Shown here piece by piece: positions 38,537 to 51,262 of a DNA stretch of 64,000 nt. The notes beneath the pieces were generated by a model. It did not search any database. It saw only the letters and a program-made list of their open reading frames with translations, and was not told the origin of the DNA. Source of the stretch: an uncultured delta proteobacterium (GTDB taxonomy: Bacteria; Myxococcota_A; Polyangia; Polyangiales; Polyangiaceae); the NCBI GenBank assembly GCA_963696385.1, contig CAVOKF010000005.1:1312001-1376000 (forward strand), in the 5' to 3' direction. How positions within the stretch are numbered: the first letter of the stretch is position 1; each line of letters opens with the position of its first letter. The translations under genes were made by a program, and so were the position numbers.

Positions 38537-40144
38537 TCACTCCGCGCGAAGCCCGTCGGCCGGACGGAGCTGAGCTGCGTAAACGGCCGGAAAGATCGTT
38601 GCGACCAAGCAAATGACGATCGCCACGATAGCGGGAACTAGGAACTCGATCGGGTGCATGGAAATGGGCAAGTGGGAGATGAAGTACACTTTTGGATCGA
38701 GCGGAAAGCCGTAGGCCAGAAGAAATCGGCACGACAGCCAGCCGATGAAAACGCCGAGCGTCGTGCCCGCCAGGCCAATCATTCCGCCCTGATAAAGAAA
38801 TATTCGGAGGATCGCATCGTTCTTCGCCCCAATCGCTTTGAGAACTGCGATTTCCTTCTTCTTCTCCAGAACGACCATCGTGAGGGTCGCGATGACCGTG
38901 CAAGCCGCGACCAAGATGATCAAGCCAAGAACGAAGCTCATGCCAATCTGCTGGATGAGGAGCGCCGTGAAAAGGCCATGGTTGAGCTCACGCCAGTCCA
39001 TCGTGTGATACATGCCGTCGTTCAAGAGGTGGTCGATCGTGTGCGCAATCGCATGCGCATGATCGATGTCGTCCACTTTCATCTCGATGCCGGTGACACT
39101 GTCTCCGTACTCGTAGAAGGCCTGCGCTTCGTAGAGGTCGGTGTACACGAGCTTGGAGTCGTACTGATCAAAACCAGCTTCGAAAACGGCGATCACCCGG
39201 AACTCCTTTGCAATGGGTGATCGTGCGCTGCCGAACGCGATCCCGATCTGCGGGGAAGTCACCTGGACGCAATCGCCGAGGCCTACGGCCAGTTGGGTCG
39301 CGAGGGTCCGGCCCACCACGATGCCCGGCATCTTCGCGACCTCTTCGGGGCTCTTGCACGGATCCGGATCGATCGCATCGGGGAGCACATCGTCCTGCGG
39401 GAGCTCGCTCTTGTAGCCGCCGACGGGCGTAAGGTCACCCTGCGGCGCACCTTTCGGCAGGGTGGCCTCTGTGCCGCGGTGTGCCTCGGCAGCGGCCGTA
39501 GGCGGGGCCGATCGTCGCGGTTCTCGGTTCGGAGAGGCGAGACCGGGACTGCGGTAATCGTCGGAGCTCGCGTCCGCGCGATCCATCGCGCGCAGAACCT
39601 CCTCTTGCATCAAGCGGAGGAGCGATTCTGCGCCCGCGTCCCGACCGGAGTCCGGAGGGCCTGCGACGTCAATCTCGTCGCGCAACGAATCGGCGGCGCG
39701 CTCGATCGGCCGCGCACCAGGTCGTCGCAGCCCAGCAAGGCTTCCGGCGACGATGTTCTTGGGCAAGTCGAGCACCTTCAACATGAGCTCGGGGTCGACG
39801 CCCTTCAAGAGAACACCCGTGGCCGTTCGATCGCCGCTCGTCACCATCATGGGGTTGATGACGAACGGCGCGACGCCGATCACGCCGGGCACGTGCTCGA
39901 CTTTCTCCATGATGTCCCGGTACTCCCGGAAGTCGATCGAATACTTGAGAACGAGAACGTGAGCGTTTACGCCGAGGACTTTTTCGCGAAACTGCTCTTG
40001 AAACCCGCCTGTGACGCTCATGACGATCGTGAGAGCAGCCACTCCCAGCGTGACGCCGCCGATGGCGAGCGCCGTGCTGATCGAAATCATGTTGCGCTTT
40101 TTCGACCGCAGATACCTCAATGCAACCGTGAACGAATATGCCAT
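38537..40144 (-). CDS. LolC/LolE-type ABC transporter permease
   Basis: ALRYLRS, VMSVTGGF, GVDP, DWRELN, EKKKEIAVLKAIGA, VYFISHLP, PADGLRAE. Confidence 0.9.
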   Translation of the reverse strand: MAYSFTVALRYLRSKKRNMISISTALAIGGVTLGVAALTIVMSVTGGFQEQFREKVLGVNAHVLVLKYSIDFREYRDIMEKVEHVPGVIGVAPFVINPMMVTSGDRTATGVLLKGVDPELMLKVLDLPKNIVAGSLAGLRRPGARPIERAADSLRDEIDVAGPPDSGRDAGAESLLRLMQEEVLRAMDRADASSDDYRSPGLASPNREPRRSAPPTAAAEAHRGTEATLPKGAPQGDLTPVGGYKSELPQDDVLPDAIDPDPCKSPEEVAKMPGIVVGRTLATQLAVGLGDCVQVTSPQIGIAFGSARSPIAKEFRVIAVFEAGFDQYDSKLVYTDLYEAQAFYEYGDSVTGIEMKVDDIDHAHAIAHTIDHLLNDGMYHTMDWRELNHGLFTALLIQQIGMSFVLGLIILVAACTVIATLTMVVLEKKKEIAVLKAIGAKNDAILRIFLYQGGMIGLAGTTLGVFIGWLSCRFLLAYGFPLDPKVYFISHLPISMHPIEFLVPAIVAIVICLVATIFPAVYAAQLRPADGLRAE

Positions 40145-40418
40145 CTCGACGATCAGCCTGCGCCGTGTGTACGACACGGACCTCCTACCATATTTCGACT
40201 ATTCGTGCGGCGACCGCATTCGGGACCACTTCTTGCGTGAACGCCATTCGAGAGCCTTCGTCGTGGAGCCCGACGGTCGCCCGCGGTGACCGCCAAGGCT
40301 CCTACGCCGCGCCGCCGCGTGTAGGGCGTCCTCGCTCCGGGAGCGCCATAAAACCTGGCGGAGACCGGGATCCGGTACTGGTAACGTTAACGCTCGAGTA
40401 ATCTTCGTTTGAGGTTCC

Positions 40419-42068
40419 ATGACCGATGTGCCGAAGCCGCCGGGAGCGTCTCCCGTCCGCCCGATCTCGGCGACGTTGAGTGCGGCGATGATCGATCTGC
40501 CCAAGCGCGCCGGAGTCGATTCCGTCGAGTCAGACCCCGTGCCGCCGAGCGCTCCGATCGATCCGTACTTGGGCGTCACGCTGGACGGACGGTACCTTAT
40601 CGAGCGTCGGGTCGGCGAAGGCGGAATGGGAGTGGTGTACGCCGGTCGGCACAAGGTGATTGACAAGCGAGTGGCCATCAAGGTTCTGCGCCGCGACATG
40701 GCGAACGACGATGAGCTCAACGAGCGCTTTTTGCAGGAGGCACGCGCCGCCAGCGCGATCGGCAACCCGCACATTGTCGACATCAGCGACTTCGGACGGC
40801 TGCCGGACGGATCGACGTATTTCGTCATGGAGCTCCTGGACGGGCAGAGCTTGAGCGACGTTCTGGCCCAGGCGAAAGGGCCGTTGCCCGTGCCAAGGCT
40901 CTGCCACATTGCCAAACAGATTGCTCAAGGGCTTGCCGCTGCACATGCGGCGAGCATCGTTCACCGAGACCTGAAGCCCGATAACGTCATGCTCATCAAT
41001 CGTGGCACCGAGCGCGATTTCGTGAAGATATTGGACTTTGGCATCGCCAAGGTCGGCAGCGGAACGAAGAAGATGACTCGGGCTGGAAGCGTCTTTGGCA
41101 CGCCGCACTACATGAGCCCCGAGCAAGCCGCGGGCGCGGTCGTCGATCACCAAACCGACGTCTATGCGCTCGGCGTCATCTTGTACGAAATGGCGAGCGG
41201 CAAGGTCCCGTTCGATGCCGACAATTTCATGGGAATCCTAACCCAGCACATGTACAAATCCCCGGCGCCGATCCGTGCGTTGGTGCCCGAAGTGGACATT
41301 CCCGCCGGGCTCGAAGCCATCATTCTCAAGTGCCTGACGAAAAAGCCCGAGGGCCGTTACGCCAGCATGGATGCGCTCGTCACCGACCTCGCGAAGCTCG
41401 ATCGGGGAGTTCTTCCGGACGCCGTTCACGAGATGATGGCGCGGTCCGGTGGCTTCAACGTCCCGGCCGACTATTTTCGGTCGGCCGCATCGATGCCGGT
41501 TCCGGTCCCGGCAACGCCCTCGAGCGCGCCGAAGCGTTGGCCGATCTATGCCGTGATTGCGGCCTCCGCGACCCTCGTGGGCATGGTCGGAGTCGTCGTC
41601 ATCGCGAAGATCCCGGTCAGCAAAGCGCAGCCGACGCCGGCGTCCGTCGTGCCGAGCGTCGTGGCGCCGATGGTCAGTCCCCCGGGCCCAGGTCCGGGTC
41701 CGAATGCGACTGTCATGGCGTTGGCGTCTGCCGCGCCCAAGGTCCTTCACGAGGTCCTGGTGAGCGTGGTTCCTAGCGATGCGACGGTCACTCGCGACGG
41801 CACGGTGCTCGGTCAGTCGCCCGTGGCGCTGCACCTGGTCGAAGGCGAAGACGCAGCGCTGGTCCTGGATCGAAAAGGATTCAAAACAAAGGCGGTTACC
41901 GTCAAGGCGTCCGAGCCGAAGCAAACGTTCACGCTCGAGGCGCTCGTGACAAGCCCAGCCGCTCCGGTTCGAACGCGCATTCCGACGCAGGAAAAACCCG
42001 GCGCGACGGCGCCGGTAGGGGCGGGTGCGATCGACGACGTTGGGGATCCGTTCACACGAAAGCGGTGA
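40419..42068 (+). CDS. Hanks-type Ser/Thr protein kinase (TM, PEGA-like C-terminus)
   Basis: GEGGMGVVY, VAIK, HRDLKPDN, DFGIAK, GTPHYMSPEQ, DVYALG. Confidence 0.95.
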   Translation: MTDVPKPPGASPVRPISATLSAAMIDLPKRAGVDSVESDPVPPSAPIDPYLGVTLDGRYLIERRVGEGGMGVVYAGRHKVIDKRVAIKVLRRDMANDDELNERFLQEARAASAIGNPHIVDISDFGRLPDGSTYFVMELLDGQSLSDVLAQAKGPLPVPRLCHIAKQIAQGLAAAHAASIVHRDLKPDNVMLINRGTERDFVKILDFGIAKVGSGTKKMTRAGSVFGTPHYMSPEQAAGAVVDHQTDVYALGVILYEMASGKVPFDADNFMGILTQHMYKSPAPIRALVPEVDIPAGLEAIILKCLTKKPEGRYASMDALVTDLAKLDRGVLPDAVHEMMARSGGFNVPADYFRSAASMPVPVPATPSSAPKRWPIYAVIAASATLVGMVGVVVIAKIPVSKAQPTPASVVPSVVAPMVSPPGPGPGPNATVMALASAAPKVLHEVLVSVVPSDATVTRDGTVLGQSPVALHLVEGEDAALVLDRKGFKTKAVTVKASEPKQTFTLEALVTSPAAPVRTRIPTQEKPGATAPVGAGAIDDVGDPFTRKR

Positions 42069-42136
42069 CGCGACGGTGGGCATCCGGGACGCTCGGGTAA
42101 TAGGCTGCCCGGGCGGGCCAGGGGCGTGAGCTTGCA

Positions 42137-42285
42137 AAGTACAGCGACCCGCCAAGCGGGACCCTGCTGCACGGGGTACGGCTGCGTTGCGGCTGGCGCT
42201 GTACTTAAGACGGTTTCGTTGGGCCTTCGCCCCAACCTCCAATCGCCTCCCGGCGATTGCAAGTACACCGCCCGGCCGATCCTTT
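42137..42285. repeat. Multi-hairpin intergenic palindromic element between convergent genes
   Basis: AAGTACAGCG (42137)/CGCTGTACTT (42197) perfect IR; GTTGGG..CCCAAC; CAATCGCC..GGCGATTG; AAGTACACCG at 42261. Confidence 0.55.
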
Positions 42286-42306
42286 TGTTCTGGGGCGTTG
42301 TGTGCT

Positions 42307-44334
42307 TTAGTCCCCGCCGCTCTTGACGAACTGCGACCCGTTCCAGACGTAACGAACGCTCGCAGGAGCTGCCCAAGGCAGAAGCAACGGTTCAGTGTCG
42401 GTGCCGGGCGGATCTTGCGCCCATGGGTAGGTCCGCGATGTCCAGCCGAAGACCCGGCCCGGCGACGCCAGCACGTCGAACGACCGTCCACCCGGCGATG
42501 GAACGAATTGAACCATGCCCTGCACGCGTTTGCCCGCCTGCTCACGAGCCGACTCGATCGCGAAAATGCGGCTGATGGTTTCGCCGCTGACGTCGTAAAC
42601 GAACATCACGTCCGAATCGACCGCGGTGCGTCCCGCACCCACGCGCCGAACGCCGCGTACCACGAGATCCGCATCACCGTCTCCGGTCAGGTCGCGCGCC
42701 GACAGGTCCTGGATATCCTGGGGCTCTGCGAACTGGGCCAAGGTCGAGTAGGCGTAGCCCCTCCCTTCCTTGAACCCTGGGCCCAACACCACGATGTCCC
42801 GTCCGATAAGCAGGACCCGTTCCGGTCGATCGTCGCCGGCAACCTGCACTTGAAGATCGGTCTTGGGCCGAACGCTTGCCGGTACGCCGCGGTCGCGCCG
42901 GTATGCGTCGAGGACATCGGCCGCCAGATCGCCACCGCGGACCACCTTGGGAGTCGGGGGCTCCGGTGCTCGCGCCTCCTGCTTCGCGTCGTCGGGTTCG
43001 GTGCCTGCAGCGACCGCCGCTGCGGGCCGGGCTTCCTTTTGGAGCACCTCCTTCGCTTTGGCGAAGCGCGATCCGTCCCATCGGTAGGCCTGCGATCGCA
43101 CCCCGCCCCAGGGCAGCAGAATGGGCTCCGCGTCCAGCGCAGTCGGCTCCTTGTAGGATGACGGATCCCACCCGGTTGCCGGGCGTACACTCACGTCGAT
43201 TTCGCCACGAGAAAAGCGTACCGCGTTGTCGACCTGCCGATCCGACTGGCGCACCAAGACCTCGTGCGTGAATGTCACGCGCGGCTCACTCTTGCGGTCC
43301 ATCGCCGTGAGCACTTCGAGATAATCGCGCGACCCGTCGCCGACGCTGACTCGACGAACGACGACCACGTCCTTTTTGCCTCGCCCCGTGACATCGCGAA
43401 CCTGCAGGCTTATGAGCTCGCCGCCGAGATCGCGAAAAAAGAAGCCGGTTCCGCCCAGGTAGGATGGCCCGCATATGGTCAGATAATGCTCGAAGACCGC
43501 GATTCGTTCGATCGTTCCGTCCCCGGTGAGATCCGCGACCAGGTCGGCGATCGGCGCCGTTTTGGCGAGTCCTTTCGGCGTAAGAAGCTGCTCGATCATC
43601 GAGAGCTCCGGCTCGCTCGGGATCCACGGCATCGTGGCGGGATGGCGCGGGTCGCCCGGGCTGGTTGCGATCACCGTCTCGCCGTGCACGTACCGCGCAA
43701 GTCCGTGAATCCCGACGCGCGTCGCGCGTGCGTCTGCGAGAGAGCCCCACGGGATCGCCGCTTCGATGCTGTATCCCGTGCCGGTAGGCGCCTCCACGAT
43801 CCTCGCGCCAGCGACGCTGCCGTGGTTGCCGAGGCGCACGCTGCCTTCGCTCTCGCCGGGTGTGCCGGCGTAAAGGGCGATATCGTAGCTCGCGTACGCG
43901 CCGGCCGACCGCGGGATCGCCAAGACGATCTCCACATGGTCCTGCCCGGCCAAGAACGAGGACTCCGTCACGTCGGCCGCGATGTAGAGCTTGGCTTCGT
44001 CGTACTGCAGACCGACCTTCATCTCCGTCTTCGGATCCGAGCCTTTGACGGCAACGTCTGCTCGCGCGAGCGGCGGCCACTCGGTGAGGACTCCGTCGAG
44101 TTTGACCGGCCGGTCCTTGTCGACGTGCTCGAGCTGCAGGCCGTCGGCCGCGACTTCCGACGCCCCGCCGCCTCCTCCGTTCAGCGTCTGGATCCCGTGG
44201 GCGGCGGCATATTCGCCGAAAGATCGGTCGTCCCCCTCCGCTGGGCTCTCGGGTCCGGCTATCTGCCGTTGCCCGGCCGAGACGCCTCCGCAGGCCGAGA
44301 GGGTGAGAACCGACGCACATAGCAAGCGACGCAT
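42307..44334 (-). CDS. Hypothetical lipoprotein: CBM9-like domain plus a duplicated domain with D-x-x-G-D-G loops
   Basis: Lipobox LSAC; LDGVLTEW..YDEAKLYIAADV..YSIEAAIPW; two repeats ending EP[IL]LLPW...Y.W[DN]GS.F. Confidence 0.75.
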   Translation of the reverse strand: MRRLLCASVLTLSACGGVSAGQRQIAGPESPAEGDDRSFGEYAAAHGIQTLNGGGGGASEVAADGLQLEHVDKDRPVKLDGVLTEWPPLARADVAVKGSDPKTEMKVGLQYDEAKLYIAADVTESSFLAGQDHVEIVLAIPRSAGAYASYDIALYAGTPGESEGSVRLGNHGSVAGARIVEAPTGTGYSIEAAIPWGSLADARATRVGIHGLARYVHGETVIATSPGDPRHPATMPWIPSEPELSMIEQLLTPKGLAKTAPIADLVADLTGDGTIERIAVFEHYLTICGPSYLGGTGFFFRDLGGELISLQVRDVTGRGKKDVVVVRRVSVGDGSRDYLEVLTAMDRKSEPRVTFTHEVLVRQSDRQVDNAVRFSRGEIDVSVRPATGWDPSSYKEPTALDAEPILLPWGGVRSQAYRWDGSRFAKAKEVLQKEARPAAAVAAGTEPDDAKQEARAPEPPTPKVVRGGDLAADVLDAYRRDRGVPASVRPKTDLQVQVAGDDRPERVLLIGRDIVVLGPGFKEGRGYAYSTLAQFAEPQDIQDLSARDLTGDGDADLVVRGVRRVGAGRTAVDSDVMFVYDVSGETISRIFAIESAREQAGKRVQGMVQFVPSPGGRSFDVLASPGRVFGWTSRTYPWAQDPPGTDTEPLLLPWAAPASVRYVWNGSQFVKSGGD

Positions 44335-44361
44335 CGCCGTGAACGATAGCAAAACAGCGGT

Positions 44362-47196
<2,835 letters not shown>

Positions 47197-47237
47197 CGAC
47201 CGGTGGTACCACGCCGCCCCGACTCTGCGGGTTCGGT

Positions 47238-48065
47238 TCAGCGCCCAGCTTTGCGCTTCGTGTCCGTCTGATGCTCCGCCTCGAGCTCCTCGAGTGCCGC
47301 CGCGAGTTCCGCTTGGTCGGTACTGGCCGGCGACGCGGTCGTTTCCACCCGCGCTTGCACAGGCGGCGCTTTTGCGCTGGCCTCCTCCGGCGGAAGCATC
47401 CCCATCTTGCGCTTGAGCGCGACCAGATCGTCGTCGGAGCTGTGCGTACGTTCGAGCTCCTGGAACTGCTTCGCGACCGAGTCGCCCGAGAATTCTTCCG
47501 CAAGGTCGGTTTGCGCTTCGGCTTCGGCTTCGATCTGATCGATCTTCTGCGACATGCGATCGAACGTTTCGAACGCGCTGTGATCGCGCAGGCCGCTCAT
47601 CGTCTCTTGAATGGCCTTCTGCGCCTCCGCCCTTTTCTTTCGCGCGATGAGCACGTTGCGCTTGCGCTTCGCCTCTTCGATCTTGTCGTTCAAAAGCCTG
47701 AGCGCCGTCTTGAGCTGATCGACGGCCGTCTTCTGCTTCGTCCACTGATCTTTGAGGGTCGCGCTGAGATCCTCGTATTCGCGCTTTCGGGCTAGTGCTT
47801 CTTTCGCCAGCCCCTCGTTTCCGGCGCGAAGCGCCAGCATCGCGCGACGCTCCCATTCTTGGGCGTTGGCCGTCTCTTGCTCGAATTGCTTGGCGAGGCG
47901 CTTCTCGTCGGCGATGGACGCAGCCACCTGTTTTTTTGCCTCGACGAGCTGGTTGTTCATGTCCAAAACGACCTGGTTCAGCATCTTCTCGGGATCTTCC
48001 GAGCGGCTGATGAGGTCGTTCAGGTTGCTCCTGATGAGTTGTGCGAGGCGGCTAAAGATACCCAT
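47238..48065 (-). CDS. pspA: PspA/IM30 (Vipp1) family protein
   Basis: MGIFSRL...SEDPEKMLNQ; long coiled coil; FDRMSQKI. Confidence 0.93.
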   Translation of the reverse strand: MGIFSRLAQLIRSNLNDLISRSEDPEKMLNQVVLDMNNQLVEAKKQVAASIADEKRLAKQFEQETANAQEWERRAMLALRAGNEGLAKEALARKREYEDLSATLKDQWTKQKTAVDQLKTALRLLNDKIEEAKRKRNVLIARKKRAEAQKAIQETMSGLRDHSAFETFDRMSQKIDQIEAEAEAQTDLAEEFSGDSVAKQFQELERTHSSDDDLVALKRKMGMLPPEEASAKAPPVQARVETTASPASTDQAELAAALEELEAEHQTDTKRKAGR

Positions 48066-48069
48066 CGGT

Positions 48070-48486
48070 TCACTCAGTCGAAGCCGGCTTCAGGCCTTCC
48101 TTGGCCATTCGCGCGAGCTCTGGAAGTTGCTGTGCGAGGACGACATCGATTTCGTCGAGTGTCGCCTGAAGTTCGTTGAAGTCGAGGTTCTCGAGCTCCA
48201 GCGCGCTCGACAACACGACGCGCGCCTCGTCGATTCCGTAACTGGCGTGGACGAGCTGGCGCACGTTGAGTTCGAGCAGGCGACGGTAGAGTGCGGTGGG
48301 GTTGGATCCAGGCGCAATGTCGCCGATGTGCACCCGGACGACCACGAGCGGTGGCTCTACTCGAACGGCGATGGGAGGCATCCCCCCGGCCGTCCCGACG
48401 AGAAATGTGCCCGGGCGGTCCTCGAGCGACCGGTACGGTCGGTTCAGCCGGAGCAAGTACGCTTCGACGTCCTTCTCGGTGCGCAT
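48070..48486 (-). CDS. YbjN/CesT-like chaperone-fold protein
   Basis: 138 aa; LYRRLLELN..LVHASYGI....VVL....LENLDFNEL. Confidence 0.7.
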   Translation of the reverse strand: MRTEKDVEAYLLRLNRPYRSLEDRPGTFLVGTAGGMPPIAVRVEPPLVVVRVHIGDIAPGSNPTALYRRLLELNVRQLVHASYGIDEARVVLSSALELENLDFNELQATLDEIDVVLAQQLPELARMAKEGLKPASTE

Positions 48487-48568
48487 GGGCCGGGAGCCTA
48501 GACGCGTGCGGCCTCCGACTCAACGCTCGATCGCAGCCGATTCTGTTGCATCGCGCGTTTGAAGGCTT

Positions 48569-49369
48569 ATGGGTATTGGGTCGATGGCCACCCCAGCTCC
48601 CCCGCGCCGTGCGCAGGCATACGTCATCCTCCCTCTGGCGCTAGCCGTCCTCGGCGCCATTTTGGCCGCGCAGACCGTCGGCCGCGACCCGCGCTACCTC
48701 GTGGGTCTCGCCGCGCTCGCGGCTCTGCTTGCGGCCCCGACGGCCATCGGGCGATGGCGCATGCGCAAGATCCTGATCTCTGGCGACGTCGAGCGCGTCA
48801 TCGGCACGTGGGAGGGCTCGGTACGGCTCGTGCCGCACCGAGACACGATGGCCCCGCTGCTCAAGGCGACAGCGTATGCCGCCTATGGCTGCATCGAGCC
48901 CTCGCGGCGCGCTCTCGATCGCGCGGCTCGAGGGCCGGCGTGGGACGCCGCGCTCGAACAGCGCCTTTTCGTGGAAACGCTGCTGGACACGTTCGAGGGA
49001 GACAATGACGCCGCCCTTCGCAAGGCGTCGGTTCTCGAAGGCCTTCCCGTGCCGTCAGCCGGCTTGCTTGTGCGCCGTCGCATTGCTCTCTTGCGCCGCG
49101 GCCTGGCTGCGCTCGTCCGAGCGTTCGCCCACTCCAGTCGCCGCAATGATGCGCACCTTCTGGCCAGGGCCGCCGCCGCATCGCCGCTCGTCCATTGGGC
49201 AATGCGGTATGCAGCCGCCATCGTGGCGGTCGATCAGGGGCGGGCTCGCGACGTGTCATCGCTTCTCTCCGGAGCACCCGAGTGGCCCGCGCAGAGTGCC
49301 TTTCATACCTTTCACCACGATCTTCTCGCGCGGGTGGCGCGGGACGGGGCCCTTGCGGCCCCGTCCTGA
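48569..49369 (+). CDS. Hypothetical membrane protein (2 TM plus TPR-like helices)
   Basis: Two N-terminal hydrophobic segments and an Ala/Leu-rich helical domain. Confidence 0.65.
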   Translation: MGIGSMATPAPPRRAQAYVILPLALAVLGAILAAQTVGRDPRYLVGLAALAALLAAPTAIGRWRMRKILISGDVERVIGTWEGSVRLVPHRDTMAPLLKATAYAAYGCIEPSRRALDRAARGPAWDAALEQRLFVETLLDTFEGDNDAALRKASVLEGLPVPSAGLLVRRRIALLRRGLAALVRAFAHSSRRNDAHLLARAAAASPLVHWAMRYAAAIVAVDQGRARDVSSLLSGAPEWPAQSAFHTFHHDLLARVARDGALAAPS

Positions 49370-49430
49370 GCGATGATCGGGTCATGAATGCGACTCCCCG
49401 AAGCGCAACTCAGCTTACAATTTAGTGCTG

Positions 49431-51224
49431 ATGACCGAGGCATTCGCCCGCGGCGATAGGCGGCCCCAGCTCGAAAAGTACGAAATCCGCGAGGAGATCG
49501 GACGCGGGGGGATGGCGACGGTATACCGCGCGCTCGATCGGCGGCTCGGACGCGAGGTGGCGGTAAAGGTCATTCATCCGCATCTGCGCGAATCGTTGGA
49601 GGTGGCCTCGCGCTTCCGTACGGAGGCTCAGGCGGTGGCCAAGTTGCGTCACCCGAACATCGTCGAGGTTTACGACGTAAGCGGTGTGGACGAACCGGAG
49701 CAGTACCTTGTCGTCGAGCTGGTTCGGGGTACGACCCTGCGTCGCCTCCTGCAGGATCTGGGGCCCATGCCGCCGGAGATTGCGGCGGCGATTGCCGTCG
49801 AGCTTCTCGAAGCGCTGGCTCACGCCCACGCGTGTGGGGTTGTCCATCGTGACCTAAAGCCGGAGAACGTCCTCATCGAGCACCGCTCCGCGCCGTTCGC
49901 CGCGGCCGACAATCGGGCTGAGCGCGGCAGCCGGGTATCGGTCAAGTTGACCGACTTCGGAATTGCGAAGCTCCTCGACGCGCAGGGTGTCACCTCCACG
50001 GGACAGGTTCTGGGGAGTCCGGCGCACATGGCCCCGGAGCAAATCGAAGGCGGCGAGGTCGACGCGCGATCGGACGTCTTCGGCCTCGGGGTGCTTCTCT
50101 ACGAGTGCATGGTCGGCCATTTGCCGTTCGAGGGGAGCAACCCGGCACAAGTACTACGGCGCGTGCTCGATGGAACGTATTGCCCGGCGAACCTCGAGGA
50201 GCCGCGCATCGGCGCTCGATGGAGCGCCATCATCGACCGCGCGCTCATGGGCACACGCCAGGAGCGATTCGCCGACGCACACGCGATGCGTGACGCCCTC
50301 GTTGCGGAGCTCAAGCGCCTCGGCTTTTGGCCTGCCGATCGGGATCTCGAGGCCGCGTTGGACGATCCCGCGGCATTTGCCGCGTCGCACGCTCAACGGA
50401 TCGTCGAGCGGCTCCGCGAGCTCGCGGACGAAGCGCGAAGGGGCGGCCGGACGCTCGCGGCCGCGTCCGATTACAACCGCGCCTTGGCGAACGCGCCGGA
50501 TGACCCGGGGCTTCTGCGAATGGTCGCGCGAATCCATCGGGTAGAGCTTCGCAATCGGGCTCTTCATCGACTTGGCGCAGGGCTCGCCGCCGTAGCGGCG
50601 ATGGCGGCCGTCGGATACGGGATTCATCGAGGGGTGCGCCGTGGGTTGGGGCATCACGTTCGCGGGACCGAACGCGGAGGCCTTATCGCGCCTCTCCCCG
50701 CGGTCGCCGACGGTGCATCGTTGGCGGAGCCGCGCACGGCAGCTTCGACGATCGCGCCAGCCGAGAGCGCGAGCTCGTCTCGCTTTGCGCGCGCAGCCCC
50801 TTCGAAACCGATCGAGCGCGCGCTCACGATCGATCTGACGCCGCCCATGGGAGTCGTCGTGGCCGTCGACCGCCAGCCGGCGCTGTCGGTGAGCACCGGA
50901 GACGTGCTGACGGTCGACTCGCATGCGCACGTGCTTTCCTTTTCCTGCTCCGTTTGCACGGGCATCCAGGTCCCGGTAGCGTCGGGCGATCGAGACGAGA
51001 CGCTGTTCGTTTCGGTCCCCATCAAGCCCGCCATCTTGGTGGTCGAGGGCGACGTCGAAGTGACCTATCAGATGACCGAGCATCCGGCGATCACCGTTCG
51101 CGCCGGGACGAATACCATCGCGCTCAAGAGCGCATTCGAGCGCGTCACCGTCAAGCAGATCGAGACGGGAACGTCCGTTCCCGTTCGACTCGAGGCCGGT
51201 AAGACGGTTCGTGTTCGCTTTTAG
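49431..51224 (+). CDS. Hanks-type Ser/Thr protein kinase (TPR-like segment, TM)
   Basis: GRGGMATVY, VAVK, HRDLKPEN, DFGIAK, GSPAHMAPEQ. Confidence 0.95.
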   Translation: MTEAFARGDRRPQLEKYEIREEIGRGGMATVYRALDRRLGREVAVKVIHPHLRESLEVASRFRTEAQAVAKLRHPNIVEVYDVSGVDEPEQYLVVELVRGTTLRRLLQDLGPMPPEIAAAIAVELLEALAHAHACGVVHRDLKPENVLIEHRSAPFAAADNRAERGSRVSVKLTDFGIAKLLDAQGVTSTGQVLGSPAHMAPEQIEGGEVDARSDVFGLGVLLYECMVGHLPFEGSNPAQVLRRVLDGTYCPANLEEPRIGARWSAIIDRALMGTRQERFADAHAMRDALVAELKRLGFWPADRDLEAALDDPAAFAASHAQRIVERLRELADEARRGGRTLAAASDYNRALANAPDDPGLLRMVARIHRVELRNRALHRLGAGLAAVAAMAAVGYGIHRGVRRGLGHHVRGTERGGLIAPLPAVADGASLAEPRTAASTIAPAESASSSRFARAAPSKPIERALTIDLTPPMGVVVAVDRQPALSVSTGDVLTVDSHAHVLSFSCSVCTGIQVPVASGDRDETLFVSVPIKPAILVVEGDVEVTYQMTEHPAITVRAGTNTIALKSAFERVTVKQIETGTSVPVRLEAGKTVRVRF

Positions 51225-51262
51225 ACTCGACGAAAAATCGGTTGCAGTCGTCGAGGGCATGG

